From Felis catus (lineage: Eukaryota), in assembly GCF_018350175.1 (NCBI RefSeq), contig NC_058368.1:109804001-109868000 (forward strand): a stretch of DNA of 64,000 nt, read 5' to 3'. Shown in pieces: positions 9,992-22,221 of this stretch. The number at the start of each line of letters is the position of its first letter. Position 1 is the first letter of the stretch. The notes under the pieces are model-generated. The model saw only the letters and a program-made list of their open reading frames with translations, searched no databases and was not told where the DNA came from. Both the position numbers and the translations under genes were made by a program.

Positions 9992-12090
9992 TTCCAACAA
10001 TTGTTTATATTAAAACAGACTATTATAAAGCTTTAAGTTGTCAACTTTGTTCTAAATATCAACTAGAGCAATCAAATACTGGAGATTTCTTAGTCAGTTT
10101 TTAGGGGATTTCGGGGGAGGGGATATAGGTAATGTATGGAGCATTTTGACTTCTAAATAGTTAGAGACAGAAATTAAGTGCATTGTATCTTTTTCATAAT
10201 GGTACTATTTAGAAGCCCAGTTAGTCTTACTTACCGAGCTTCTGCTTCACTCCTTTTATGTTTAATCATGCTTACACAAAGATAAGTTTGTTTTGGAAGG
10301 CTGAGCTATAGCAAAAGCTCTAACTACCTGTCAAGCAGACTTTTCATTGTGACCTGTGTGGCAGGAACTCTGGAAACTGTGCTTCAGAAATCTGTTGGAG
10401 AGATTGCCATGAAGGCTCCCTGCCTGGTGTGGGGATGGGGCTGGGGTCCCCCTCTTTCTGAGGGCTAGAGCATGGCATGGCATGGGTTAATTAACATAGC
10501 AGAACATGAGAAGTGTGCTCTCTGAGCTCCTTCCCGCTGCTTCACTCCACTGGGACACCTCCCCCTCCCGCTCCCCCCGCCCCCAGGAGAGGAGCTCCTC
10601 TTACAAATGCCATGTGCTGCTCTTGGGGAAATGGACCCCTTCACCTGCAGCAAGTGGATAACTGAGGATTTTGGACCTGGAAGCTCTTCCTGAGAAAGAA
10701 TATTCCTGAAAGTACATTCACTATAATGCCCCAAGCATCAAGTCTAAATCATTTTCTCGTTGGGAAGTTAGAATTGGATAGATGTATTGTTGGATATAGG
10801 CATGGTAAATTGAACTGAGGAATTGATTCTTGTTAATTATGGTGTAAAGATTTGTATCCTGGCCTGCTCATTCAGGTGAGAGATGTTCTGTGTAAATTTG
10901 AAGTATAGCTTGAAGTCCTAGGACAAGAGTTAAAAGTGCTTTTTAGCTCATTCACAGTCACTGTGTGTTAAGTGTTAATACCTGCCACGAACCTGCCAAT
11001 TTATGTGTTAAACAGCTGACAGATCATACAGAAAAAACCCCTAAGATACACTGGATTGTACTGGGTGAGTCTGAAATTAGTGTTAAGTGTGGTGCCTGAT
11101 TTCACCATCACCGCATTCTTTCTGTGCGGCCAATGTCAGGTGCACCAAAGCATTCCCTGTGACTGCCCTATAGGGCAGTGTTGATAGGGAAGCATTTGGA
11201 AACTCCAAGGGAAGCCTGTATTAGAGGCTACGGCTGGTACCTGCCTTAGAAGCTATTATAAGCTTCATCGGTTACATTTTGGATCTTTGTAATTGTTATC
11301 TGTGTGACAGAGTGCCTCTCTGTTAATTTTGGCTTATGCTGTTAGAAATAAGATGCTTTGCCTATTTAGAATAAGTTTCTGTCCCTGTCTGCACTAAAAA
11401 CTTTCAGAGTGTTATAAGTTTCTGAAGTGCTCTAGAGGAGGAAGGTGGAAGTGTATTTATGTTGGTGTGTAAGCACACATGGAAGCCTCTGGCACCAGGA
11501 CTTGGCCCTGTTCTTAGAGTGTCCTCTATTCATTCTCTACCCGTCATGCTTTGAGTTCCAGCTGGCCTGCGCTGAGGCCAATAGCTAACTTTGGCTTGCT
11601 GGCTGCAGGATTAAGCCAATTCTTATGCAACTGACTCGTCCTTTAATGGCCATTTCTTCTAAAAAACCTTTTTGTGTGGGGGAGGGTGCGGGTGTTGGGA
11701 TGGGGGTAAAACTGAAGTTTAAAGTTTAAACTAGAAATAAGATGATGTGGTCTGCTTGCTCTCTGTTTAGACAGGCCTTAAAACCAATTGGATTAACTTG
11801 GAGGCCAGGCCAGAGAGTGTATGGTAATTGAGGACTTGTTTGCAGACAAGCATTTATCCAGGTTGCATTATCCAAATTGGTTTGTTAAAGCTCCGGGTCA
11901 CGTTCTTACACTAAGAGAAACATTAAGTAAACAGACAAGTTTAGGAAAAATTAATAAAAGAAACCTGTCTTACACTCAGAGGAATGGTTTCCTTAATTTC
12001 CTAATGAAAGGTGTGTGTGTGTGTGTGCACGCGCACGTGTGTACATTTGTGTGTATGTGTGTTTTCAATAAAAACTCCAGTGGTAGGAGT
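9992..12090 (+). other. HSPA4: HSPA4 3' UTR (3' end uncertain)
   Basis: SINE-free, mostly AU-rich stretch after the stop codon; ATTAAA at 10009, AATAAA at 11953 and 12067. Confidence 0.55.
11953..12072 (+). terminator. Candidate distal polyadenylation signals
   Basis: AATAAA at 11953-11958 followed by a GU-rich tract at 12011-12065; second AATAAA at 12067-12072. Confidence 0.5.
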
Positions 12091-13141
12091 CCTCTTAACT
12101 AAATTCTACTTGTTAACATTGGTCAGAGACCCCATCTGAAGAACAATTGAGGCACAGTATACTGAGTGGCAAGAAGTTACTCTATTTCTGTACTCCTGTT
12201 CTCCCATGTTGAGTCTTGGCCCAGTTCTCTGGTATGTGGGGATCCATCCCTTGTGTTGTCCTTCCTTTGAGGGTTTGGACAGCAGCAGAAGGTGGGTTAT
12301 GGCCCCGTGGAGGACTGATGCCCTCACCTTTAAAGAACGCTGTGGCCTGGAGTGTGAGAGTGTAACCCTTGCCACCATTGGATGTATAGTGTGTGTGAGT
12401 ACACAGATGTGTGTGTGTGTGTGAATGTGGGGTGGTAATGAGTGTGGAAAGGGGATGAAGCCATCTGAAGAGCCCGGACTACAAGGTGGGGGGGTGGGAG
12501 GCCTCACTTCCAGAGTCTTGCTCTGGTTGTGTTAGGAGGAGCTGACCTGCCACAGCCTACCAGTAGGGCCTGTGTGCCCCCTTCAGCAGGTGTGTCTGAG
12601 GTCAGACTTCAGGACTTCAGCAGAGGTCCGCTTTCCCATGGGTCTCTTGACCTTGGGAAAGGAGTAGGCACGTGGTGAAGTGAGTGGGAAGCCTGGAACC
12701 AGCTAGCGGTCATCAGAGCACCAGAGGTGTTGGGGTCATGTGGAAAGAGTAACAGTCCTGTGTACCCAGGAGAGGAACCAGTGCCCTGCATGTCACTGAG
12801 GAAGAGTGGGTTGGAGGTGAAGCCAAAGCTAGCGTGAAGGTTATGCAGTGTGGCAGCTTCAGCTCAGCGCGAACTTACAAAGCTCCCACCGCATTGGTGA
12901 GGATTCTTGCAGAGGCATTAGATCAGTGGCCTTTGAGAATTTTTTAAGCACCTGAAGCGTTTTCATAGAGCTGTTGGAGGTGGCGGGGTTGAGCAATTAG
13001 GGGGATCTAGTGTGGAGCACTGGGGGCTATTTAGATCTTTTAGCCTGAGAGTGACAGTGTTTTAGGGATGGTCAACTGTGCAGAATGAGATGGGCCTGGG
13101 AGAGCTTGGAGCTAGTGGGACTTTAAAAATGACGCATGTTT

Positions 13142-13270
13142 GGGGTGCCTGGGTGACTCAGTCTGGTAAGCGTCTGACTCTTGATCTCAGCTCAGGTCTT
13201 GATCTCAGGGTCCTGAGTTCAAGCGCTGCATTGGGCTCTGCACTGGATGTGAAGCCTATTTAAAAAAAAA
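13142..13270 (+). mobile_element. Short Can-SINE lacking the CT tract
   Basis: ggggtgcctgggtgactcagtc...gactcttgatctcagctcagg...A-tail. Confidence 0.85.
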
Positions 13271-13545
13271 ATTCCATGTTTGAAGGAAGGAGCCAAACGA
13301 GAAATGGGAAATGGTAGGTCCTAGTACTGAAGAAACAGGAAAGATTGGAAAGTAAGATGGAACTCTGATGTTAGAAGCTGGAAATGTATTTAAGCTTTGT
13401 GGCATAATCACATGGCAAACCAATGCAGGTTTCAGGGGCTTCAGGTTTTGTTGATCCGGCTTTTAATGATATGCTTCTCTGTACATTTGATACATTTCAA
13501 TCATTACTTTTAAAAGTGGCTTTAACAATATTGTATTTTTAAGAA

Positions 13546-13733
13546 TTTTTTAATGTTTATTTTTGAGAAAGAGAGAAAGTGAACGGGGAGGGGCAGAGAG
13601 AGAGAGGGAGTACACAATCCAAAGCAGGCTCCAGGCTCTGCACAGAGCCTGACTCGGGGCTCGAACTCACAAAATGTGAGATCATGACCTGAGCCGAAGT
13701 CGGATGCTTAACCGACTGAGCCACCTAGTGCCC
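13546..13733 (-). mobile_element. Can-SINE
   Basis: Antisense SINEC body. Confidence 0.9.
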
Positions 13734-15778
13734 TCAGAATATTCTATTTTTACTTGAGAAATGTAGGTTGTAGAATATGCACACAGCTTCCCATGTTTGA
13801 AAAGAACATGAAATGTGTTTGCATAAAATGAGATGGATGTTTCAAAATGAAACGGTTTCTTTCCAAGGTAGAATTGTGGGTGGCTGCTGTTTGTCAGTGT
13901 TTGCTTGTTTATATTTTCTAAGATTGGTGTAATGAGCATTTTGGAATTTTGTGATGTTGAGAAAAATTTTAAAGGAATGACTCCACGCTTTTGAACCTAG
14001 AGTAGCAGATGTATGTGGTGGAGAAGTGGAGCTTCAAGTCTGTTGGAGTCAGCGGAGATGCTGGTGTCAGTCTGGGGCTTGGGGCGCGTTCTTGGTTTAG
14101 GGAATGAAGGCTTGTGTCAGGGAGAGCAATTGGGAGCTTGGGAGGAAACCACCTGCCAGAGGAGAGTGAGGGTGCCTGAGGCAGGCTAGGGAGGAGAGGG
14201 GAGTTTGAAAAGTGAGAGGTGGCTATGGCCAGCAGGGTTGGATGCTGTTGGGGGTACTTCCAAAGCGTGGGAGCCAGGCTTCAGGGGCATGCAGTGAGGT
14301 TGCAGGTGGAGAGTATCTGGAAGCGTGGCCTACTTGGAATGACATCAGATGGGAGACGACGGAGATGGGGCAGCATCCTGGGTCCACTGTTGGGTGCAAG
14401 TGGGGCCTCTTCCCTCCACTTTTCTTCAGACCATGGCTGTCTTGGTGTGGCCAGTGCATTCCTTCTGTGGTGCTTCTCCTTTGCTTCTGACTGGAGCAGA
14501 CTGGGACATGACCATCAGTGCCTTTGTCCTCTGTGAGCTTGTCACTGCTATCTGGAGTAGGTGTCATATGTGGAGAAGTGAAGGAGGGGACTTCGTTAGC
14601 AGGCTCGGAGGCAAAATGGACACATGGCCTTGCTGTCTGTGGGAGGAGTAACTATTGGAGGAGAAAGGATGGAGTAAATTTCTGAGGGCTCAGGGAAGGG
14701 GAGCCCTCAGAGGACTGGGAAAGACAGACTGCTTTCCAGATTTGTCCAACAGCCATGGGCAAGTGCCAGGCTAATCCTGACCCTGTCATTCCACTTTTGG
14801 CACCTGCTGGAAGGATAGAGAAGGAAAATGGGCGGGTATGTACTTCCAAGTCCTCGGTGGGATTTCCTAGGATCAAGCACAACAAGCAGAAAAATTAAGG
14901 ATATATAGCGTTGTGTTTGGACATTTTTACTGGTTGTGTTGGGATTTATATTCTCCAAAGTCCAGGTGTGCTGTTGGATATGGAATCCTGGATCAATGGA
15001 GGGAGAGAGAGCACCTAAAATCCTTTTCTTACCACAAGTTAGCCGGCCTGTACTCACTACTTCCGTCGTTTTTTTTTCTACTTGCACTTGAAAATTTTAA
15101 ATAAATCGGTCTATTCAGTTAAGACTTGGCTAATGCTTGGGGGAAGAGAAAACTGCAAACACTTGGAAAACCATCTCAATGACTCAGCTTCCAAGATGTG
15201 AATCTCAGCAAAGCAATTTTGAGGGCAAGCGGCGGAAGTGGGGAGACTTGTAGGACTCAGCTGAGATGGCCGCGAGGACCTGGAGGGCTGTGTGGGCCAG
15301 GACTCAGAAGATGTACGGCGCCCCACAGTAGTAAAGGCAGCCCCAGACCAGGCAGGTGGCCTTCCCTTGGACTGGTCCTATTCTGGTCTACTCGACCTCT
15401 TGCAACTAAAGGGTGGACCCCGCCTGGGTCACAACGGCCCCCCAGGTGGTATGGGCGCTCGGGGAATGCTTGAACATGGAAGGGTAATATTTCCAGTGAA
15501 TAACAAGCCCAAAGCATTAGAACTAGACTTCAAACCGTATCCCAAGCCCAAGTCTCCACTTTCTGGATGAGGAAAGGGCTCAAGCAGGAGAAGGGCACAG
15601 AGCCGGGAATTCCAACTCCAGCTATTTTGACGAATGTTAATCTTCTGGAAAGTTGTTTAACAAGAATATGGGGCTCTCGCACTCCAAAAATAAATGGCTC
15701 CGAATAGAGCATTATTTGGGGTAGCACTGGCTCGCTGAGACTCTGGAGGGCCCCCTGCAGCTAGTGCGGATCGATGGA

Positions 15779-15812
15779 GCTGCAGTGTCGAGGCTGCCAC
15801 ACGGGGGCGGCA
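15779..15812 (+). promoter_or_regulatory. Candidate CTCF site with upstream (ZF9-11) motif
   Basis: GCTGCAGTGTC followed by core CTGCCACACGGGGGCGGCA. Confidence 0.65.
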
Positions 15813-17119
15813 TCCCTCTTCCTTTGCCTTGGGTCAGCCTCCTTAACGCCATCAGTCCTGAAGTAGTCCCAGAACTTGGAGAACACAGTCAGCCATCTCC
15901 TCTCCTTCACAGTAGCTAAAAGCACAATAGGTGTGGTTTAACAGAGGCCTCCGGCCAGAAAGCAGGGGATCTTTTATGGGCTTCTGCTAGTAAGCCCTTC
16001 GATCCTTGTCACTCAGAGTGCGGCATCGCTAGTTGCAAACGAATGTCGGACGGACCCCAGACCTTGGAGAATTGCCCAGCCCAGTACTTGTCACACTTGG
16101 CTGGGGATCTTGCTAGAAGGCAGATTCTGGTTGAGTGGGGCTGGAATGGGGCTTGAGAGCCCACAGGTGTAGCAATCCCCCAGGTGATGCCCATCGTGCA
16201 GCTCATATTGACCCTGAAAGACTTAAAGCCTAGGAGCCTCAGTTTCTTCTTCGGTAAAATGGGGAGCACACCAGTCCTGTCTGTCACATGAGATGATGGT
16301 TGTGGAAGACGTTCATGACAAACAAGAGGGGTAAAAGTGTGATGAACGCCAGGCATGTCATTTGCCTTTTGAAGTCCCACTGGCAGTGCAAAGAATAAGT
16401 ATTCGCGGGCTGTGGAAGAATCTCCTTTCTTGTCCTTCCTTACCTGCCAAGAAGCCAGGCTCCTGAGGAAAATGCTGAAGGGAGGCCAAGTTGCAGAGAG
16501 ACAATGACCGCCTCCTGGGGGCGGGGCCTCTAGCCCCCGGGTTGGGGAGAGAGTGTTGCCTCCCCCACCCCTGAATCCTTCCTACCTGGTGCCAGAGGCC
16601 CTACCACTCGTTTTGACTTGAGCCACTCCTCTTGGCTCTGTGTGATCCCATTATTGGCCCCAGAAGGGGATGAAGCGGGACGAAGAGAGTAGGGGGTCTC
16701 CAGAGCTATGGACAGAGATTCCCAGGAAGCAGCTGCGTGATTATCTGAATCCTGGGCATCTGCTGCCAAGGAGCAACGACTGGAATAAAAAAGGTGAGAC
16801 CCCGGATACCTAATTCAGTCTCTTCTCCTTGCCTCATGGTAGAGACCCCAGTCCTGAGTGGTAGGAAAGACGCAAGGCTCCCTGGTGTATGAGTGTCCCC
16901 GGGGGTTTTCCTCCACTTCTATCCTTTAAAAGAGGATTGTTTCCTGTCCTTGACCAGCCTCTATGAGTTCTGTGTTCGTCAGCTTGTTTTCCGGATTTCT
17001 CTAATGCCTAATCAGGAGAATGGGTGTGAGAGACTGAACTGAAGTGGCAGGGGAGGGATGGGGGTGGGGGACCCTTGCTGTGGATCAGCTTCCGGGCTCC
17101 CCCTTGAGGTAAAGAAGTG

Positions 17120-17270
17120 ACTCAAATGTGCCTCTGAATCCCGTGGCAGCTTGTTGAAATACGGGTCATTGGGCCCCATGCTCAGAGGTTTTGATGCAGC
17201 ACATCTGCAATGGGGGTCCACGCTTTTGCATTTCTAACAGTTCCCAGGTGATGCTGATGCTTTGTTCTGG
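17120..17270. mobile_element. MER5A-like hAT-Charlie fossil
   Basis: gcttgttgaaat...tgcatttctaacagttcccaggtgatgctgatgc signature. Confidence 0.7.
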
Positions 17271-18615
17271 GGAAGGAGAGCCTGGGTAATGGGTAAAGGG
17301 GAAATAAATGAGGCTGTTGATGGACATAATAAACAGCTGGGGGTGAAGGCCATTGTGGGCGGAAAGGGAGAGATTCGGGTACAGTTGCAGGAGTAGTAAG
17401 AGAGGAAAATGCAAAGTGTTCCTTAAGAAATGCCAAGTCAAAGTTGAAATTCCTTTGAGACTGTGTCTGGCGGCAGGATTTTGTGTCTCTTTGAATATGA
17501 CAGCCAGTTTACACTGGCCCTGGGGGTGATTTGGGCTAAATGATTTGCCCTCATTTGTGATCACTGATGTGCAGGGCCTTCCTTCTCCAGGGGGGGGAGG
17601 GGGCTGGCCTTTGGCTCGTCTCCTTGGTGTGTCCCCTTGCCCAGGCTTTCACAGAGTCGGTAAGTCTGATTTGTTTCTCTGCGTGTGTCTTTGTCCTGGC
17701 CACGTTGAGAGCTTCTCCAGGGTGGAGAAGCGTTTGCTGAGTTGAGTTCCCTTCTCTAATTGGGACCTCGGTCCCCAAAGCCCCTTTTCAGGTATGCACA
17801 CGTCCTGTCCCTCCCCTTCTCAAACTGGAGGGGAGCTCTGTGGCTTGGAAGCGTCCTCACAGTTGAGGGATAAGGCTTTGGTGTATGGATATTCCCAGGT
17901 GAGACACACAGTGTCACGCAGTTTCCATTATATCAGACTCAGCTCTTCAGCCTGCTCTGCACAGCTTTTGAGGACCCTTTAAAAATAAGCCCTGAATTGG
18001 AATGCACTCATCAACAGCACTGTTAATGAAATTGCTTCCTGTTAATTTGAGTTTACAAACTAAATGGCTCCTGACAATCTGGCGTCACTATGATGGTGCC
18101 CGCTTCTCAGGAAGGGCCAGTAGTGGCCACTGGAGGGCTTTACCTGCGAACCATGGCAAACCATCTGAGGGGCTCTGGTGCTTGCGGGACTTCAGTGGCG
18201 GTGGGGGTGGGGGGGAGTCAGAACTTCATTTGTTGGCTTAGTTTCTCCTTCACCTTCTCTGAGCAGTCATGGGACTGTGCCTTGGTCTGGGGATGCACCC
18301 ATCAGCAGGGCCCACATCTGTCTTTAGGTGGCCCTTAGTCTAGTGGGGCCTGTAGATAAGCACATAATTCACCACGGAGGCGGGGTTGGATGGAGCTATG
18401 GAACGGCTTGAGGGGGTGAGTCAGGGGCTGGGAAGCAAAGATGAGTAGGTGGTGGTTACATAAGCATTGAAGAGAGAGGGGATGGCTTGACCCCCGGTGA
18501 GCAGGGATCGACAGACAGCTCAGGATGGAAAGATCAGGGCAGAGAATCCCCAGAGATAAGGAAAAGCCCAGTGGGTGAAGTTGCATAAAACGTCTCCACA
18601 CTCCCCTTTGCAGGC

Positions 18616-18807
18616 TTTATTTATTTATTTTTCAAAGTTTACTTACTTAGAGCACAAGTCGGGGAGGGACAGAGGAAGACAGAATCTAAAGCAGGCTCCA
18701 CAGGCAGCGCAGAGCCCGATGTGGGGCTCGAACCCACGAACTGTGAGATCATCCCCTGAGCTGAAATCAAGAGTCAGACACTTAAAGACTGAGCCACCTA
18801 GGCGCCC
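18616..18807 (-). mobile_element. Can-SINE
   Basis: Antisense body; TSD tgcag[g/c]ctttatt. Confidence 0.9.
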
Positions 18808-19656
18808 TGCAGCCTTTATTTTATAGAGAGGTTTGGGGCCCTTTGAAATTGAGCATGATAAATGCCATCGGAGATGGAGGTCATGGTGAGCAAGGTCACT
18901 TTATAAGAAAGACCACGGGCCCCCTGAGAGAGTTAATAAACCCAGGTGGAGTCGGGCTGGGTGATACAGGAGAATGGAGGAATGCATCCTCACCCCTGCC
19001 CATGCACCTGGGGGTGTGGGTGGAGGTGGTTGGCCCCCTGCACCTCTGCTGGGGTTCGCTGCTGCCTGACTGTGGCACACTTGAACAGGCACGACAAAGG
19101 GCCAGCTAGTGCAGTAGGGGTCTCATGTCTGTGGGGGCCACATGTGGCTACCGGGATCTGTACTGATGGCTGACCCCCTGCAGAACATAGCAGGTAAGTC
19201 ACCCATGCAAACAGCCCGCAGTACTGGAGGAGAGAATTCCTGGGGCTTGGAACCCTTGTATCTTTGACACAGAGAAAAGGGGTCTTGATTTTCTCCCAAG
19301 GGTGTTGATAAACCCTGGTAAAAGTTTAAGCTAACACACCACTGGGTCTGATTTGCATTGTAGAGAGATCCCGCTGTTTGTGTGGAGGGGAGGGGGGGGG
19401 CAGGCTGGCCGCAGAGATGGTGGTGTGAAGCTGTGGCAGGCTGGGCTGGCTGTGGGACCCCCTCCCCTCCACAGGCAGAGGCCTGTATCCCTGGGAGACT
19501 GTGATCCTGGGGTAGGAGGTTTGCTGTGAAGAATGGTGGTCCGGGATTATGGCCAGGTTTCTGTGGTTAAGTGGGGATCACATTGTTCTGAGTATAATCC
19601 AAGGGAATCTGCTTCTGGGAACAGACAGTTTTCATATATTAAAAAAAAGTATGGCA

Positions 19657-19750
19657 GGGCATCTGGCTGGCTCAGTTGGTAGAGCCTGCGACTCTTGATG
19701 TCGGAGTTGTGAGTTCAAGACCCATGTTGGGTGTAGAGGTTACTTTAAAA
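19657..19750 (+). mobile_element. Short tRNA-Lys-like carnivore SINE
   Basis: ggctggctcagttggtagagc..gactcttgat..gagttcaagacccatgttgggtg followed by tagaggttactttaaaa. Confidence 0.8.
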
Positions 19751-19759
19751 AAATCTCAG

Positions 19760-19994
19760 GGGCGTCTGGGTGGCGCAGTTGGTTAAGCGTCCGACTTCAG
19801 CCAGGTCACGATCTCGCGGTCCGGGAGTTCGAGCCCCGCGTCGGGCTCTGGGCTGATGGCTCAGAGCCTGGAGCCTGTTTCCAATTCTGTGTCTCCCTCT
19901 CTCTCTGCCCCTCCTCCATTCATGCTCTGTCTCTCTCTGTCCCAAAAATAAATAAACGTTGGGAAAAAAAAATTAAAAAAAAATAAAAAAAGAA
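19760..19994 (+). mobile_element. Young felid SINE (SINEC_Fc type)
   Basis: CpG-rich body (ccaggtcacgatctcgcggtcc); TSD AAAAAAAATCTCA at 19747-19759 and 19995-20007. Confidence 0.93.
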
Positions 19995-20020
19995 AAAAAA
20001 AATCTCAAAAAAAAAAAAAA

Positions 20021-20210
20021 GTGCCTGGGTGTTTCAGTCAGTGAAACGTCCGACCCTTGATTTCAGCTCAGGTCATGATCTCAGGGTCATGAGATTGAGC
20101 CACACTTTGGGCTTTGTGCTGGGCATGGAGTCTGCTTGAGATTCTTCCTCTCCTTCTGTCTCTGCCTCACTCGCATGCTGTCTATCTCAAAAAAAAAAAA
20201 AAAAAAAAAA
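20021..20210 (+). mobile_element. Can-SINE
   Basis: Sense body with a long poly-A tail. Confidence 0.9.
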
Positions 20211-21095
20211 GATGTGGCACATATTCAGAGTGGGAATCTTGTGAGCCACAAGCAGAGTAGTAATCCATTTGGGGGATGTCTTTTCTCCACAGCCCCCACC
20301 TCCTCCAATTCCTGGCCCTTCGAACAGGGCGAGTTGACAGTGACCAGATAAGGAAGGGGGTGGGGAGTGGTTTGCAGGAGGGACTTTGGTGAGGATGCGG
20401 GTGGTTTGGCGTGACCACGGTGCCACGGGGGGCTCCAGCCCCCGTGGTCTCTGTGATCACTCGCTGGAAGACAAGCTGGCCATTTGTTGTCCTTGTTCAA
20501 CCAGGCTCCCTGATTTCTGACATCCAGCTATAAAATCGTTTTGGCTGAGGTTTCTGTGGAAATACTGGCCCCCACCCATAATTGCAGTGACCAGGCTGTT
20601 TGTGGGGTTCCCTGACAAGTGAGTGACCTCCTCTTTGTCTGTCAAGCTAGTGGGAAAGAGGAATATACCTGTTTTGGATCTCCAAGAAGACAGTCCAGTG
20701 CTGTGGTGTCAGAGATCACAGGTTTGCCGTTCCTGGTACGAGGACGTATGGACAGTTGTCTTCAGCCACTTGTTTGTGTCTCTTCTGCGTGGCCCTCTCC
20801 CTCTCCCTTCCCTTGTGGACCTGTGTTTGCTCTCAGGGGCAGTTTTCTCCTCCTGGTGCAAATGGATGCCCTTACCTTCTCCTCATACTGGGCTCTAGGG
20901 CAACATGAAGGAGCCTCTGTGGAGGCTCTGGTGATGCACCCTGCATGCTGTTTTGGGGCCTTTTCCTTCTTAATTCATAGTGTAAATTGGTGGTGATTAA
21001 ATGTTCTTTGTTTTCAGCCCTGATTGTGGTAAAATAGCCTGGTTCATAATCCACCCCCCCCCCGCCCCCGCCCCACACACCAAACATGGGACCAC

Positions 21096-21259
21096 GGGGT
21101 GCCCGGGTGGGTCAGTCGGTTAGGTGTCAGACTTCAGCTCAGGTCACGATCTCATGGTTCATGGGTTCAAGCCCTGGTTCGGGCTCTGCTGACACCTCAG
21201 AGCCTGGAGCCTGCTTTGGTTTCTGTGTCTCCCTCTCTCTCTCCCCTTTCCCACTTGTG

Positions 21260-21301
<42 letters not shown>

Positions 21302-21341
21302 AATAAATAAACATATACACAAAATGAAAAAAAAACAAAAA
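21096..21341 (+). mobile_element. Can-SINE
   Basis: Sense body, (CT)n and A-tail; aaacatg[g/a]gac on both flanks. Confidence 0.9.
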
Positions 21342-21520
21342 CATGAGACTATGTGAACACCTTGCTAGTGTCCTTCCTGAGGCCTGGAGGAGGCTTATGT
21401 TAGGGTGGCCTGCTTGCGCCCTGGATCTTTGAAGGGCCTTCAGCAAAGCTCTGCCCCCTAAAAATGCGAATGGCCCATTTCTGGCTGTGTTGTGTAACGT
21501 GGTGTCACAGGGATCGTGGG

Positions 21521-22221
21521 TGTACGTGTTTTCCGGGGCTGCTATAACACAGTACTGCACGCCAGGGGACTCAAAGCCCTGAATTTCTTCTCTGATAGTT
21601 CTGGAGGCCTGTACTCTGAAGTCAGGGTGTTCACAGGGCTGGTCCCTTCTGAGGTCTGTGAGGGAGAAGGCCCCTCTCCTGGCTTCTGGTAGTCCCAAGT
21701 GTTCCTCAGCTTGTGGATGGGGTTCTCTCTGTGTCTTCACATTGTCTTCCCTATGTGTGTGTGTGTTTCTGTGTCCAAACTTCCCCTTTTTATTTTTTAA
21801 AAAATGTTTATTTTTGAGAGAGAGAGAGAGAGCACAAGTTGGGGAGGGACAGAGAGAGAGAGAGAGAGAGACAGAGAGAGAGAGACAGAGAGAGAGAGAC
21901 AGAGAGAGAGAATCTGAAGCAGGCTCCAGGCTCCAAGCTGTCAGTGCAGAGCCCGACTTGGGGCTTGAACCCATGAACCACAAGATCATGACCTGAGCCC
22001 AAGTCTGACTGCTGCTTAACTGACTGAACTACCCAGGCACCCCCAAATTTCACCTTTTTATAAAGACACCAGTTCTATTGGATTAGGCACCATTCTCATG
22101 ACTTCATTTTACCTTGATTAACTCTATAAAATGCTGTTTGCAAATAAGGTCCCATTCTGAGGTACTGGGGGCAAGGACTTGAACGTACCTTTTTTCAGGG
22201 GAACACAACTCAGCCCATAAA
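21521..22221 (-). mobile_element. MaLR solo LTR (MLT1B/C-like) interrupted by a Can-SINE at ~21791-22043
   Basis: gctgctataaca...gttctggaggc...gcaaataaggtcccattctgaggtactgggg...cacaactcagcccataa; SINE TSD ccaaa[c/t]ttc[c/a]cctttt. Confidence 0.85.

Noticed and set aside
15292..15570. 92-aa ORF with protein-like composition
   Set aside because: GTG start, in-frame stop just upstream, no recognised homolog or clear splice structure. A tBLASTn or PhyloCSF signal would be needed.
19657..19733. tRNA-Lys gene (also 48840-48912 and 5708-5760)
   Set aside because: Stems are degenerate and the copies carry SINE-type 3' extensions, with a TSD at the 48.8 kb copy; they are retroposed SINE copies.
20423..20447. 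GC hairpin CCACGGGGGGCT-CC-AGCCCCCGTGG as a miRNA or other ncRNA
   Set aside because: The stem is only about 11 bp with a bulge, too short for a pre-miRNA and plausible by chance.
21297..21989. 230-aa minus-strand ORF
   Set aside because: It runs through a SINE (CT)n tract and an MLT1 LTR; low complexity and no protein-family signal.
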